Assembly (NCBI GenBank): GCA_041752275.1
Contig: JBGSHK010000008.1
Span: 70,543 to 134,542, forward strand
Length of the DNA stretch: 64,000 bases
Direction of reading: 5' to 3'
DNA from: Minisyncoccia bacterium
Lineage (GTDB): Bacteria > Patescibacteriota > Minisyncoccia > Phycocordibacterales > CAIZLB01
Shown: in pieces, positions 8,714 to 18,106 of the stretch
Layout: every line of letters starts with the position of its first letter
Numbering within the stretch: position 1 is the stretch's first letter
Notes under the pieces: generated by a model
Database searches by the model: none
What the model saw: only the letters and a program-made list of their open reading frames with translations
What the model was told of the DNA's origin: nothing
Position numbers and translations under genes: made by a program

Positions 8714-10192
8714 ATGAATATGTCAACGAACTGGGGAGAATCAATTGTAAGTTTTGATGAGGTCTCATACTCTCATGTTAAAAATAAACCTATATTAACA
8801 GAGGCTTCATTCAACATACGTAAAAACGCCAAGATAACCCTTATGGGTCAAAACGGGGCAGGAAAGTCTACTATTTTTAAACTTATAACAGGAGAACTTG
8901 AAAACGATGAGGGAGATATAAATATAAAGAAAGATCTTACTATAGCTGTGTCTCGTCAGGTTATACCTCGCACGGAACTTGAGTTTACAGTTCGTGATTT
9001 TTTCCAAAATGTATTTGATAAAAAGATTTATGATATAGATCCTCGTATTGATGAAGTGTTGGGTATAGTACATCTAAAGGCTGATAAAGAAAAAAAGATA
9101 AAAGATTTTTCTGGAGGACAACAAGCTAGACTTTTACTTGCTCAAGCTTTGATACAAAAAGCAGATCTTATACTACTGGACGAACCTACAAACAATCTTG
9201 ATAAAGCAGGTATTGATCATTTAACAAAATTTTTAAAAGAATATACAAAAACAGTTATAGTTATTTCTCACGATGCAGACTTTTTAAATAGTTTTACTGA
9301 AGGAGTTATTTATCTTGATATACATACGCAAAAAGTTGAACAATATGTTGGTACTTATAACACGGTGGTAGCTGAGATATCAGCCCGTGTTGAAAAAGAA
9401 AGAAGAGCCAATGCTCAAGCTGAAAAGAAAATACAAGAAAATAAAGATAAAGCTAACTTCTTTGCTAACAAAGGAGGTGGTATGAGACTTGTGGCTAAGC
9501 GTATGCGTGAAGATGCAGAAGAGGCGGAAGAAAATATGGTTGATGTTAGAAGAGAAGATAAGACTATAAAACCTTTTACTATAGAATCACAACAAGATTT
9601 GTCTGGTATACTATTTTCTCTTTCATCTGTTGAAATCATGGACATACATAAAAATGATGGATCTTTAAAAACAAAAAAAGTTCATGTTGAACTTAGAAAA
9701 GGAGAGCATTTACTTTTGAAAGGACCAAATGGTATTGGTAAAACAACACTTTTGGAAAACTTAGCTGGAGGTCATGCTAAAGGTGAGGCTGTAAAAGAGG
9801 GTGTGAAGATAGGATATTATAGACAAGATTTTTCAAACTTGGATTTTGATAAATCAGCATATGACATCATAAAAGAATGTGCAGATAAAGATGACAGTGA
9901 GCATTTTATAAGAAAAACATTGGCACAGTTTTTGATAGCGGGGGATGCAGCTTATACTCCTATTGGTCGTTTGTCAGAGGGTCAAAAGGGATTAGTTGCT
10001 TTCGCTAGACTTGTGGCACTTCGCCCAGGACTGCTTATACTTGATGAGCCAACAAACCATATAAACTTCCGTCACCTTCCAGTGATAGCAGAATCTTTGA
10101 AAAAGTTTCAAGGTGCCATGATAGTGATATCTCACATGCAAGAGTTTGTTGATCAGATTGGGATTGAGACGACACTTGACCTCAGTAAATAA
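8714..10192 (+). CDS. ABC-F family ATPase (two fused ABC domains, no TM domain).
   Basis: Walker A GQNGAGKST and GPNGIGKTT. Signatures FSGGQQARL and LSEGQKGLV. Walker B LLDEPTNNLD and LILDEPTNHI. Confidence 0.8.
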   Translation: MNMSTNWGESIVSFDEVSYSHVKNKPILTEASFNIRKNAKITLMGQNGAGKSTIFKLITGELENDEGDINIKKDLTIAVSRQVIPRTELEFTVRDFFQNVFDKKIYDIDPRIDEVLGIVHLKADKEKKIKDFSGGQQARLLLAQALIQKADLILLDEPTNNLDKAGIDHLTKFLKEYTKTVIVISHDADFLNSFTEGVIYLDIHTQKVEQYVGTYNTVVAEISARVEKERRANAQAEKKIQENKDKANFFANKGGGMRLVAKRMREDAEEAEENMVDVRREDKTIKPFTIESQQDLSGILFSLSSVEIMDIHKNDGSLKTKKVHVELRKGEHLLLKGPNGIGKTTLLENLAGGHAKGEAVKEGVKIGYYRQDFSNLDFDKSAYDIIKECADKDDSEHFIRKTLAQFLIAGDAAYTPIGRLSEGQKGLVAFARLVALRPGLLILDEPTNHINFRHLPVIAESLKKFQGAMIVISHMQEFVDQIGIETTLDLSK

Positions 10193-10318
10193 ATTTATAA
10201 GTTTTGATCTAGCTTTGTTTCGAAGTATTTTTTGAGAAAATCAGAATTTAGAATTTCTTTGGCAATTTTACGGTTATTCTTTATGAGAATTTCATGATTG
10301 TTTTGATATTGTTTTTAT

Positions 10319-10720
10319 ATGAATAATAAAAACTACGATCAGTGGAATATTTTAAAAAAGAGAATAAATTTTTCCCATAGAAAAATACATTATCCAAAAA
10401 TTAGAGAAATCTGGTGGATTAACATAGGTTTAAATGTTGGTTCTGAAATATATGGAAAAACAGATCAATACACTAGACCTGTTTTAATATTGAAAATACA
10501 CAATAATATGTTTATCTGTTTACCTATATCCAGTAAGATAAAAAAGGGTAGATTTAAGTTTAAGATTTATACAGATGATTTAAAGTGTCATTGTGTAATT
10601 TTTGATCAAATTCGAGTTTTTGATAGAAAAAGATTTATTAAAAGAAAGTATACAATATCTAAAAATAAATTTAAGAGAATTATAAGAAAATTTAAAAATA
10701 TGATAACCACCGGTGTTTAG
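10319..10720 (+). CDS. PemK/MazF-family toxin-like protein with no adjacent antitoxin ORF.
   Basis: REIWWINIGLNVGSE...TRPVLIL and FICLPISSK align with the MazF GDLIWVDFDPTKGSE...HRPAVVLS / CLCVPCTT blocks. Confidence 0.5.
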   Translation: MNNKNYDQWNILKKRINFSHRKIHYPKIREIWWINIGLNVGSEIYGKTDQYTRPVLILKIHNNMFICLPISSKIKKGRFKFKIYTDDLKCHCVIFDQIRVFDRKRFIKRKYTISKNKFKRIIRKFKNMITTGV

Positions 10721-10818
10721 TCGGTGGTTATTCGGCCCGAGGGCAAAGAGAGGTTAACTCCCATGTGTATATAATATCAAATATTCAAAGCATGTCAAAT
10801 CCGTGATATAATATAAAA

Positions 10819-12537
10819 ATGTTTAAATTCTTAAAAAGACTATTCGAGCCTGCTTTAAATAGAAAAATGAAATCATTCAAACTGGTTTCAGATGCATTTA
10901 TTTCATATCTTTGGTATGATCTTATACCTATAATATCTATTCCAATATTGATTGGTTATATAAACAATGGTGAATATGGTAACATACAAAAATTTTCTCT
11001 TATTATATTACTTATAACTATTATACTTTGGGTTGTGGGAACATTTACAGTTCGTTGGCAGGTTGATGCAAGATATGCTTATGAGATTTATTCAGTCAAC
11101 AAGTATTTTAGAAAAAGTATTTTAAAAAATCCGACTGCGATGGAAAAGATTGGTTCTGGAAAATTGCAATCTATTATAAAAACAGGTATAAGAAATTGGA
11201 CAACAGTAAACGCAAATATACTTTACGGTTTAACTCGTGTTATAACAGGTGTAGGAACAGGTATATATATCCTTATAAACTTTGATGCAAAATACATACC
11301 ATATTTTATTCTTGTAGTTATAGTTTCTTGTACAGGATATTATTATTTTGGAAAAAAGAAACTTAAACATGATGAAAGAGCTATAGATATGGAAAATGAG
11401 ATGGATAAAGATTATGTTCGTGTGATGATGTCTAGACAAGAAGTTATTTTGAGTGTGAACGAGAATAAAGAAAGTGAAAATATAATTTCCATAACAAAAA
11501 AACAATCAAAAGAGGATAGAATAAGTTCTGTTTATAAACATTTATCAGAACTCTTTACCGCAGGTATTTCAGTTATTCTGCCGGTACTCGGCGTTATGTT
11601 TATTATTCAAGACATAGAATTAAACCCTGTTAATGCGGCATTTTTAGTATCATTTATCTATTTTACGACTCGTTTTACAGGTACTTTGTATAATATGGTG
11701 TGGGTAGTAAGTCAGGTATTTGATTCTTATCCAAAAATAAAAAAGTTATGGAACTTTCTTGATGCGACTGCAGATTTTGAAAACTATTATAAAGGTGATA
11801 AGTTTCAACACGGAAATGGTTCTATAGAATTAAATAATATTAACTTTTCTTATGATGACAAAAAAATATTAGATAATTTTAATCTTAAAATAAATGGCGG
11901 GCAAAAAATAGCTTTTGTTGGAAAATCAGGCTCAGGTAAAACGACTATTGCTAAGCTTATTACTGGATTTGTAACTCCACAAGAAGGTCAAGTTCTTATA
12001 GACAGCCAAGATTTATCTCGTACTGCACTTAAGACATATTATCCTTATGTTGGGTATCTTACACAAAAACCGATGGTTTTTGATGGAACTATAAAAAATA
12101 ACTTGCTATATTCTTTATCTGATAAAGTCGCGAGTACGATAACTGATCAACAACTATATGAAGCACTTAAAAATGCAGAGTGTGATTTTATAACAGACTT
12201 AAATGCCGAAATAGGTGAAAAAGGTATAAGGCTTTCAGGTGGAGAAAGACAGAGATTGGCTATTGCAAAACTGATGCTTAAAAATCCGGAGATTATTATA
12301 CTTGATGAACCAACGTCGGCACTAGACTCGTTTTCTGAAGAAGCTATAACTCGAGCACTTGATCGTTTGTTTAAAAATAAAACAGTTATCATTATTGCAC
12401 ATAGACTACAAACTGTTAAAAAAGCAGATACTATTGTAGTACTTGAACATGGAAAGATTATTGAGCAAGGAACAAGTTTGGAGTTGATAGAAAAGGGTGG
12501 GCAGTACAAGAGAATGCTAGAATTACAAAGCTTTTAA
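10819..12537 (+). CDS. ABC exporter, fused permease-ATPase (MsbA/MdlB-like).
   Basis: N-terminal multi-TM region. Walker A GKSGSGKTT, signature LSGGERQRLAIAK, Walker B IILDEPTSALD. Confidence 0.8.
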   Translation: MFKFLKRLFEPALNRKMKSFKLVSDAFISYLWYDLIPIISIPILIGYINNGEYGNIQKFSLIILLITIILWVVGTFTVRWQVDARYAYEIYSVNKYFRKSILKNPTAMEKIGSGKLQSIIKTGIRNWTTVNANILYGLTRVITGVGTGIYILINFDAKYIPYFILVVIVSCTGYYYFGKKKLKHDERAIDMENEMDKDYVRVMMSRQEVILSVNENKESENIISITKKQSKEDRISSVYKHLSELFTAGISVILPVLGVMFIIQDIELNPVNAAFLVSFIYFTTRFTGTLYNMVWVVSQVFDSYPKIKKLWNFLDATADFENYYKGDKFQHGNGSIELNNINFSYDDKKILDNFNLKINGGQKIAFVGKSGSGKTTIAKLITGFVTPQEGQVLIDSQDLSRTALKTYYPYVGYLTQKPMVFDGTIKNNLLYSLSDKVASTITDQQLYEALKNAECDFITDLNAEIGEKGIRLSGGERQRLAIAKLMLKNPEIIILDEPTSALDSFSEEAITRALDRLFKNKTVIIIAHRLQTVKKADTIVVLEHGKIIEQGTSLELIEKGGQYKRMLELQSF

Positions 12538-12547
12538 TCAAAAAAAC

Positions 12548-13684
12548 ATGAAATACTTCCTCATATCAACATTTATACTCATAAACATTTTAACTCTAAA
12601 ACCTGCGCACGCAGAAGAGTTATATGTTGACTATCAAGGTACTTTTAAGGCCAAGATTTTAACAATATCAGAAGGTAGAGAAGAAAATATAGGCTTCTCT
12701 GATGTCTTGGCAAAATATCAAAACCTGGAAGTTAAGTTTTTAAACGGACCTAAGAAAGATCAAACTATAGCTTTTGAATCTGATTTTCCAAATATAAAAG
12801 AAGGTCAAAAAATATATATAAATTACAATATAAACTCTGGAAATGATGTTTACACTATTACAAATATAGATAGAGTAAATTCTATATTATTTTTTGTATT
12901 ACTTTTTATATTGATAATAATATTGTTCGGTGGCTGGCAAGGTTTTAGATCCGTCATCTCTCTAGGTTTTTCTTTTGTTGCGATATTTTACATACTTTTA
13001 CCAATACTTCTAAAAGGTTATAACCCTATATTGTCGAGTTTTGTCATAGCTGCTGCTATACTGTTTTTAGCCATATTTTTCACACATGGTTTTAACAAAG
13101 AGTCAGGCGTTGCTTATGGTGGAACCATGATAGCTGTATTACTTACATCTCTCCTGGCCATGGCTGCTGTTAAAATAACAAATCTTTCAGGTTTTACAGG
13201 TGATGAGTCAACGTATCTAAATATGAATACTGGAGGTGTACTTGATTTCTCCGGCTTGCTCTTGGCAGCTATGATAGTTGGTGTACTAGGAGTATTGGAT
13301 GATATTGCTGTGACGCAAGCATCTGTAGTGACTGAACTTTTCCACACAGATAGATCTTTGACCAGAAGACAAGTTTATCTCAAAGCTATAAGGGTTGGAA
13401 AAGAGCATGTGTCAGCTTTGGTAAATACTTTAGTCTTGGCTTATGTTGGTACAGCTTTACCTTTGTTACTTCTCATAAAAACATATGGATATGATATGCA
13501 AACAATACTCAATATGGAAGGTGTTTCAACCGAGATTATAAGAGCTATAGTTGGAAGTATTGGTTTGATTATGACTGTACCTATTGTGACTTTGCTGGCT
13601 GTGTTTTATTTGAAAAATTATGAACATAAGAAAGATAGAAAAGGGCATGGGCATAGTCACTCTCACAGTCACTCACACCAATAA
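12548..13684 (+). CDS. Polytopic membrane protein (YibE/F-like) with a secreted N-domain and a C-terminal (HS)n His-rich tail.
   Basis: Signal peptide, then a soluble domain, then about 6-7 TM helices. C-terminus KGHGHSHSHSHSHQ. Confidence 0.4.
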   Translation: MKYFLISTFILINILTLKPAHAEELYVDYQGTFKAKILTISEGREENIGFSDVLAKYQNLEVKFLNGPKKDQTIAFESDFPNIKEGQKIYINYNINSGNDVYTITNIDRVNSILFFVLLFILIIILFGGWQGFRSVISLGFSFVAIFYILLPILLKGYNPILSSFVIAAAILFLAIFFTHGFNKESGVAYGGTMIAVLLTSLLAMAAVKITNLSGFTGDESTYLNMNTGGVLDFSGLLLAAMIVGVLGVLDDIAVTQASVVTELFHTDRSLTRRQVYLKAIRVGKEHVSALVNTLVLAYVGTALPLLLLIKTYGYDMQTILNMEGVSTEIIRAIVGSIGLIMTVPIVTLLAVFYLKNYEHKKDRKGHGHSHSHSHSHQ

Positions 13685-13727
13685 AATATTTTCAAAATAG
13701 TCAAAAAAAGGTTATAATATAACCAAC

Positions 13728-16010
13728 ATGCGACTAAAATCAATTCACATCATCGGTTATAAATCCTTTGCAAAAAAGACTGATTTAGTTTTTAATACAC
13801 CTATCACTTCGATCGTAGGACCAAACGGATCTGGAAAATCAAACGTAGTAGAAGCTTTTCGTTTTGTTTTAGGCGAGCAATCTTTGAGATCTATGCGAGG
13901 TAAAAAGGGTGAGGATATGATTTTTAACGGTGGACGAGATCTTTCTAAGTCTAACCGTGCGTCAGTTAAAATAGTTTTCGACAATAGACTACTTGAAGAA
14001 AACGCTGAGTTCAATAGACTTTTTAACACACATAGCTTTGATGAGGTAACTATAGAAAGAGCTGTAAACAGAGATGGAACAAATGAGTATAGTATAAACG
14101 GCAACTCAGTCCGTCTTCGTGACATCATAGAGCTTTTAGCTGAGGCTAACATTGGTTCATCAGGACATCACATCATCTCTCAAGGTGAAGCAGATAGACT
14201 TCTATCATCATCAAACAAAGATAGAAAAGAAATGATAGAGGAAGCACTTGGTCTTAAACTTTATCAATACAGAAAAGAAGAATCACAAAAAAGACTTGTT
14301 AAAACCGAAGAGCATATGAAAGAGGTTGAGTCTTTAAGACGTGAGCTTGCACCACACATTAGATTTTTAAAAAAGCAGATTGAGAAAATAGAAAAAGCAC
14401 GAGAGATCAGAGATGAATTAAAAAATCTGTACAAAGAGTATTTTGCATATGAAAAAGTTTTTCTTGATTCAGAGAAAAATGATATTAAAGAGTCTCGTAT
14501 ATCTCCAGAGCAAGAGTTGTCAAGTCTTGATAGTAAGTTGACAGAGGTAAAAAAAATATTGGCTCAAAATCAAACATCAACAGAGTTTACAAATGAGTTG
14601 TTTGAACTAGAGGGTGAACTTAAAAATATTCGTTTTAATAAAGAAGAACTATCTCGTTCTATGGGACGCTTTGAAGGTGAGATAAACTATATAAATAAAA
14701 ACATAGATAAAAGAAAGTTAGATCTTGAAAATAAAGACAATACAGATATAAAAGTTTCATTTTTCGAAATAAAAAACCTTATAAATAAAATAAAAACTGT
14801 TTTAGGTGATATAAAATCAGGAGTGTACAAAGATGAGTCTGAAATAAAACAAGTATCAAATGATCTTATAAACGAGTGTGAATCTTATGTAAAATCAAAA
14901 AATAATGAAGGAGAAAAGGTTGATTTTGAAACTGACTATAATGAAATAGATCGTATAAAACTTTTGATTGTAAATATAGAAGATGACATTAAGGCTTTAA
15001 ACGATAAAGAGGTTAATATTTTAGAAAAATATACAGAAACAAAAAATAAAATAGAATCATTTAAAAATGAAAATGTTGAAGCTGAAAAAGACTTGTTAAA
15101 AGTTATGTCTCGTAAACACGAAATACAGTCAGAGTTGGATAAACTAAAAGTTCGTGAAATCGCCTTTACAGAAAGAAATGCAGAATACGAAAGAGATATG
15201 ATGGAGGCTACAGCAATTATTGGTGTTGAGGCTATAAGATTTGATGATATACAAGCTCATGATTTTGATAAACAAAAACAACATGATAGAAAGTATCAAG
15301 TTGAAAAGTTCAAGATAAGACTTGAAGAGCTTGGTGGTGCAGGTGATGAGTTGGTTGTTAGGGAATATAATGAAGTGAATGAAAGAGATGAATTTTTACT
15401 AAAAGAGATGGAAGACTTGACTAAGTCCATGCAAGATCTGGAACAGCTTATAGCTGAAGTTATTGAACAAATAAATAATCTTTTCAATGAAGGTGTTAAA
15501 AAAATAAACCTACAGTTCTCAACATTTTTCAAACAAATGTTTGGAGGAGGAGAGGCAAGACTTGTTGTTACTGAAGAAAAGAAAAGAAAGAAAAGAATAA
15601 CAGATATAGATGATGAGGATATGGAAGAGGAAGTTGATGAAAATGAAACTAAAGAGTTTGGTATAGATGTGTTTGTTTCTCTTCCTCATAAAAAACTAAA
15701 GGGACTGTCTATGCTTTCAGGTGGTGAAAGAGCTCTTACTTCTATAGCGTTGCTGTTTGCTATGAGTCAGGTAAATCCACCACCGTTTATAATACTTGAT
15801 GAAACTGATGCGGCACTTGATGAGGCTAACTCAAGGCGTTATGGTGACATGATAGAGCTTTTGTCTAAGCACTCTGAACTTATACTAGTAACTCATAACA
15901 GAGAGACTATGAGTAGGGCAGGAGTGCTGTACGGAGTTACTATGGGTAGTGTTGGGTATTCACAGTTGTTATCGATAGGTTTTGAGGAGGCGTCACTTAA
16001 TGCTAAATAG
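13728..16010 (+). CDS. SMC-family chromosome partition ATPase, short form (760 aa).
   Basis: N-terminal FKSFAKKT...IVGPNGSGKSNVVEAFRFVLGEQS. C-terminal LSGGERALTSIALLFA...FIILDETDAALD. Confidence 0.65.
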   Translation: MRLKSIHIIGYKSFAKKTDLVFNTPITSIVGPNGSGKSNVVEAFRFVLGEQSLRSMRGKKGEDMIFNGGRDLSKSNRASVKIVFDNRLLEENAEFNRLFNTHSFDEVTIERAVNRDGTNEYSINGNSVRLRDIIELLAEANIGSSGHHIISQGEADRLLSSSNKDRKEMIEEALGLKLYQYRKEESQKRLVKTEEHMKEVESLRRELAPHIRFLKKQIEKIEKAREIRDELKNLYKEYFAYEKVFLDSEKNDIKESRISPEQELSSLDSKLTEVKKILAQNQTSTEFTNELFELEGELKNIRFNKEELSRSMGRFEGEINYINKNIDKRKLDLENKDNTDIKVSFFEIKNLINKIKTVLGDIKSGVYKDESEIKQVSNDLINECESYVKSKNNEGEKVDFETDYNEIDRIKLLIVNIEDDIKALNDKEVNILEKYTETKNKIESFKNENVEAEKDLLKVMSRKHEIQSELDKLKVREIAFTERNAEYERDMMEATAIIGVEAIRFDDIQAHDFDKQKQHDRKYQVEKFKIRLEELGGAGDELVVREYNEVNERDEFLLKEMEDLTKSMQDLEQLIAEVIEQINNLFNEGVKKINLQFSTFFKQMFGGGEARLVVTEEKKRKKRITDIDDEDMEEEVDENETKEFGIDVFVSLPHKKLKGLSMLSGGERALTSIALLFAMSQVNPPPFIILDETDAALDEANSRRYGDMIELLSKHSELILVTHNRETMSRAGVLYGVTMGSVGYSQLLSIGFEEASLNAK

Positions 16011-16026
16011 AAGCCTCTCAAAAAAA

Positions 16027-16057
16027 AGTCTTCCAAGAAATGAAGACTATTTTTTTG
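16027..16057 (+). terminator. Rho-independent terminator after the SMC-like gene.
   Basis: Hairpin AGTCTTC / GAAGACT followed by a TTTTTTT run. Confidence 0.55.
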
Positions 16058-16104
16058 TTCGGATTTAGAGGATCTTGTTTCGAAAATAAATTTTAGTATA
16101 AACC

Positions 16105-18093
16105 TTACATCAACACCAAAAAATCAATCGTTTTCAAATCCATATCAACACCACGAAGTTTTACTCTAACTTTGTCTCCGAGACTTATGACTTTTTTTCC
16201 ATCTTGTGATTTTACAAGATAACTTTTTTTATCAACTTCCCAAAAATTATTTTCTCCTAGATCTTTCAAACGTATCAAACCTTCAGCAAGTGACTCCGGT
16301 TCTTGTATAAAAACTCCAAAGTCAGATATACCTGAAACTGTACAGTCAAACTCTTGTCCTATTTTATTAGATAAGTACTCAACTTGCTTATATTTGGTAC
16401 TTGCTCTTTCAGCCTCAGCGGCTTTAACTTCTTGAGAAGATGAATGTTCACAAATCTTGTCTAGGGACGCAAGGTATACAGGGGATAGTTTTTGATTATC
16501 TAGTAGTTTAGATAGTATACGATGTACACAAAGGTCAGGATAACGACGTATAGGGGAAGTGAAGTGTGTATAAAACTCAAAACCAAGACCAAAGTGCCCT
16601 ATGTTATTTGTTTGATACACTGCTTTCGCCATAGAGCGAAGAGTTGCTGTTTTTATGATTGTTTCAGATGGTAAACCAATACATTGCTGCAAAAGTTTCT
16701 GTATGTCTCTACTATGTATGTTTTTGTGAGGACTGAAATCAAGTCCAAGAGCATTAACAAATATAGATAGGTCAAGTATTTTCTCAGAGTCTGGAAGATC
16801 ATGGACACGATATACTCCGGGTAACTTTTTATTTCCCTCAACGTTGTGTGTAAATATATAGAGTGCTGTTTCTCTGTTAGCCAAAAGCATAAACTCTTCA
16901 ACAAGGTGATTTGTCCATATTCTCTCTTTTTTATACACCTGCGTTGGGAAGCCTTTGTCATCTAACACAAACTTAATCTCATCAGTTTCAAAATCTATTG
17001 CCCCAGCTTTTTTTCTTTCTGCATTTAGTATCTTTGAAAAACGAGATAGTTCAAACAGTTCTGGATACTCTGACTCATCGCCTTTATCAAGTACCGCCTG
17101 CGCCTCTTCATATGAAAATCTTTTATCTGAATGTATTATAGACTTTGATATTTTTTTACTTATTATATGACCTTCTTGATTCATTTCAAAAACTGTAGAA
17201 AATGCATATCTATCCTCGTTCGGGTTTAGTGAACAAAAACCATTTGAAAGCACTTCAGGAAGCATGGGTATGGTTCTATCTACTAGATATACCGAGAAAG
17301 CTCTGTCTTTAGCTTCATCATCGAGCGCGTTGCCTGGTCTAACAAAATGAGACACATCAGCTATGTGTATTCCAATCTCAACATTGCCATTATCAAGTTT
17401 GCGAAAAGATAGAGCATCATCAAAATCTTTTGCATCAACTGGGTCTATGGTACATGTAAAAACTCCTCTCATATCAAGTCTTTTCGAAACTTCTTCCTCT
17501 GTTATTTTTCCATATTCTTCCACAGCAGCTTTAGCATCTATCTCTGTTTGAGGATTATGTTCAACACTAAAACCAAAATCAGCCACTATAGAATGCATCT
17601 CAGCATTGTTTTCACCTTTGTCTCCAAAAACTTGAGACACATTTCCATAAAAAGTTCTCACTACAGTTATGTCTGTATATCCGCGATCATTGACAGATTT
17701 ATTGACTGTAACTTTTGGATTTTTTGTAAAGTCTAAAGTAACTAGTATTTTTTTATTTACAGCTATTTCAAAACCTTTAGGGTTTTGTATTTCAAATGAG
17801 CAATTTAATTTATTGTTGTCAGGTATTGCAATAATAACATTATCCTTGATTTCTTTGACTGTTGCAGAAAAGTCAGTTTTATATCTTTCTATAATTTTAA
17901 CAACTTTACCTTCTATTTCACCCCATTTGTTAGGTCTTGGAAATGTTTCTATTTCAACTTTGTCTTGTGGAAGAGAAGAGTCTATAAAGTTGTGGGGGAT
18001 TGCTATATCTTTTTCATCTTTGTTTGACTTTTCTTTTCTTAAAAACCCTTTACCTTTATTGTTTAATATTAGTTGACCTATGAATCGATGCAT
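16105..18093 (-). CDS. rnr: Ribonuclease R / RNase II family exoribonuclease.
   Basis: RNB-domain motif HFGLGFEFYTHFTSPIRRYPDL. C-terminal S1 domain. Confidence 0.85.
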   Translation of the reverse strand: MHRFIGQLILNNKGKGFLRKEKSNKDEKDIAIPHNFIDSSLPQDKVEIETFPRPNKWGEIEGKVVKIIERYKTDFSATVKEIKDNVIIAIPDNNKLNCSFEIQNPKGFEIAVNKKILVTLDFTKNPKVTVNKSVNDRGYTDITVVRTFYGNVSQVFGDKGENNAEMHSIVADFGFSVEHNPQTEIDAKAAVEEYGKITEEEVSKRLDMRGVFTCTIDPVDAKDFDDALSFRKLDNGNVEIGIHIADVSHFVRPGNALDDEAKDRAFSVYLVDRTIPMLPEVLSNGFCSLNPNEDRYAFSTVFEMNQEGHIISKKISKSIIHSDKRFSYEEAQAVLDKGDESEYPELFELSRFSKILNAERKKAGAIDFETDEIKFVLDDKGFPTQVYKKERIWTNHLVEEFMLLANRETALYIFTHNVEGNKKLPGVYRVHDLPDSEKILDLSIFVNALGLDFSPHKNIHSRDIQKLLQQCIGLPSETIIKTATLRSMAKAVYQTNNIGHFGLGFEFYTHFTSPIRRYPDLCVHRILSKLLDNQKLSPVYLASLDKICEHSSSQEVKAAEAERASTKYKQVEYLSNKIGQEFDCTVSGISDFGVFIQEPESLAEGLIRLKDLGENNFWEVDKKSYLVKSQDGKKVISLGDKVRVKLRGVDMDLKTIDFLVLM

Positions 18094-18106
18094 TTATTTT
18101 TTTATT

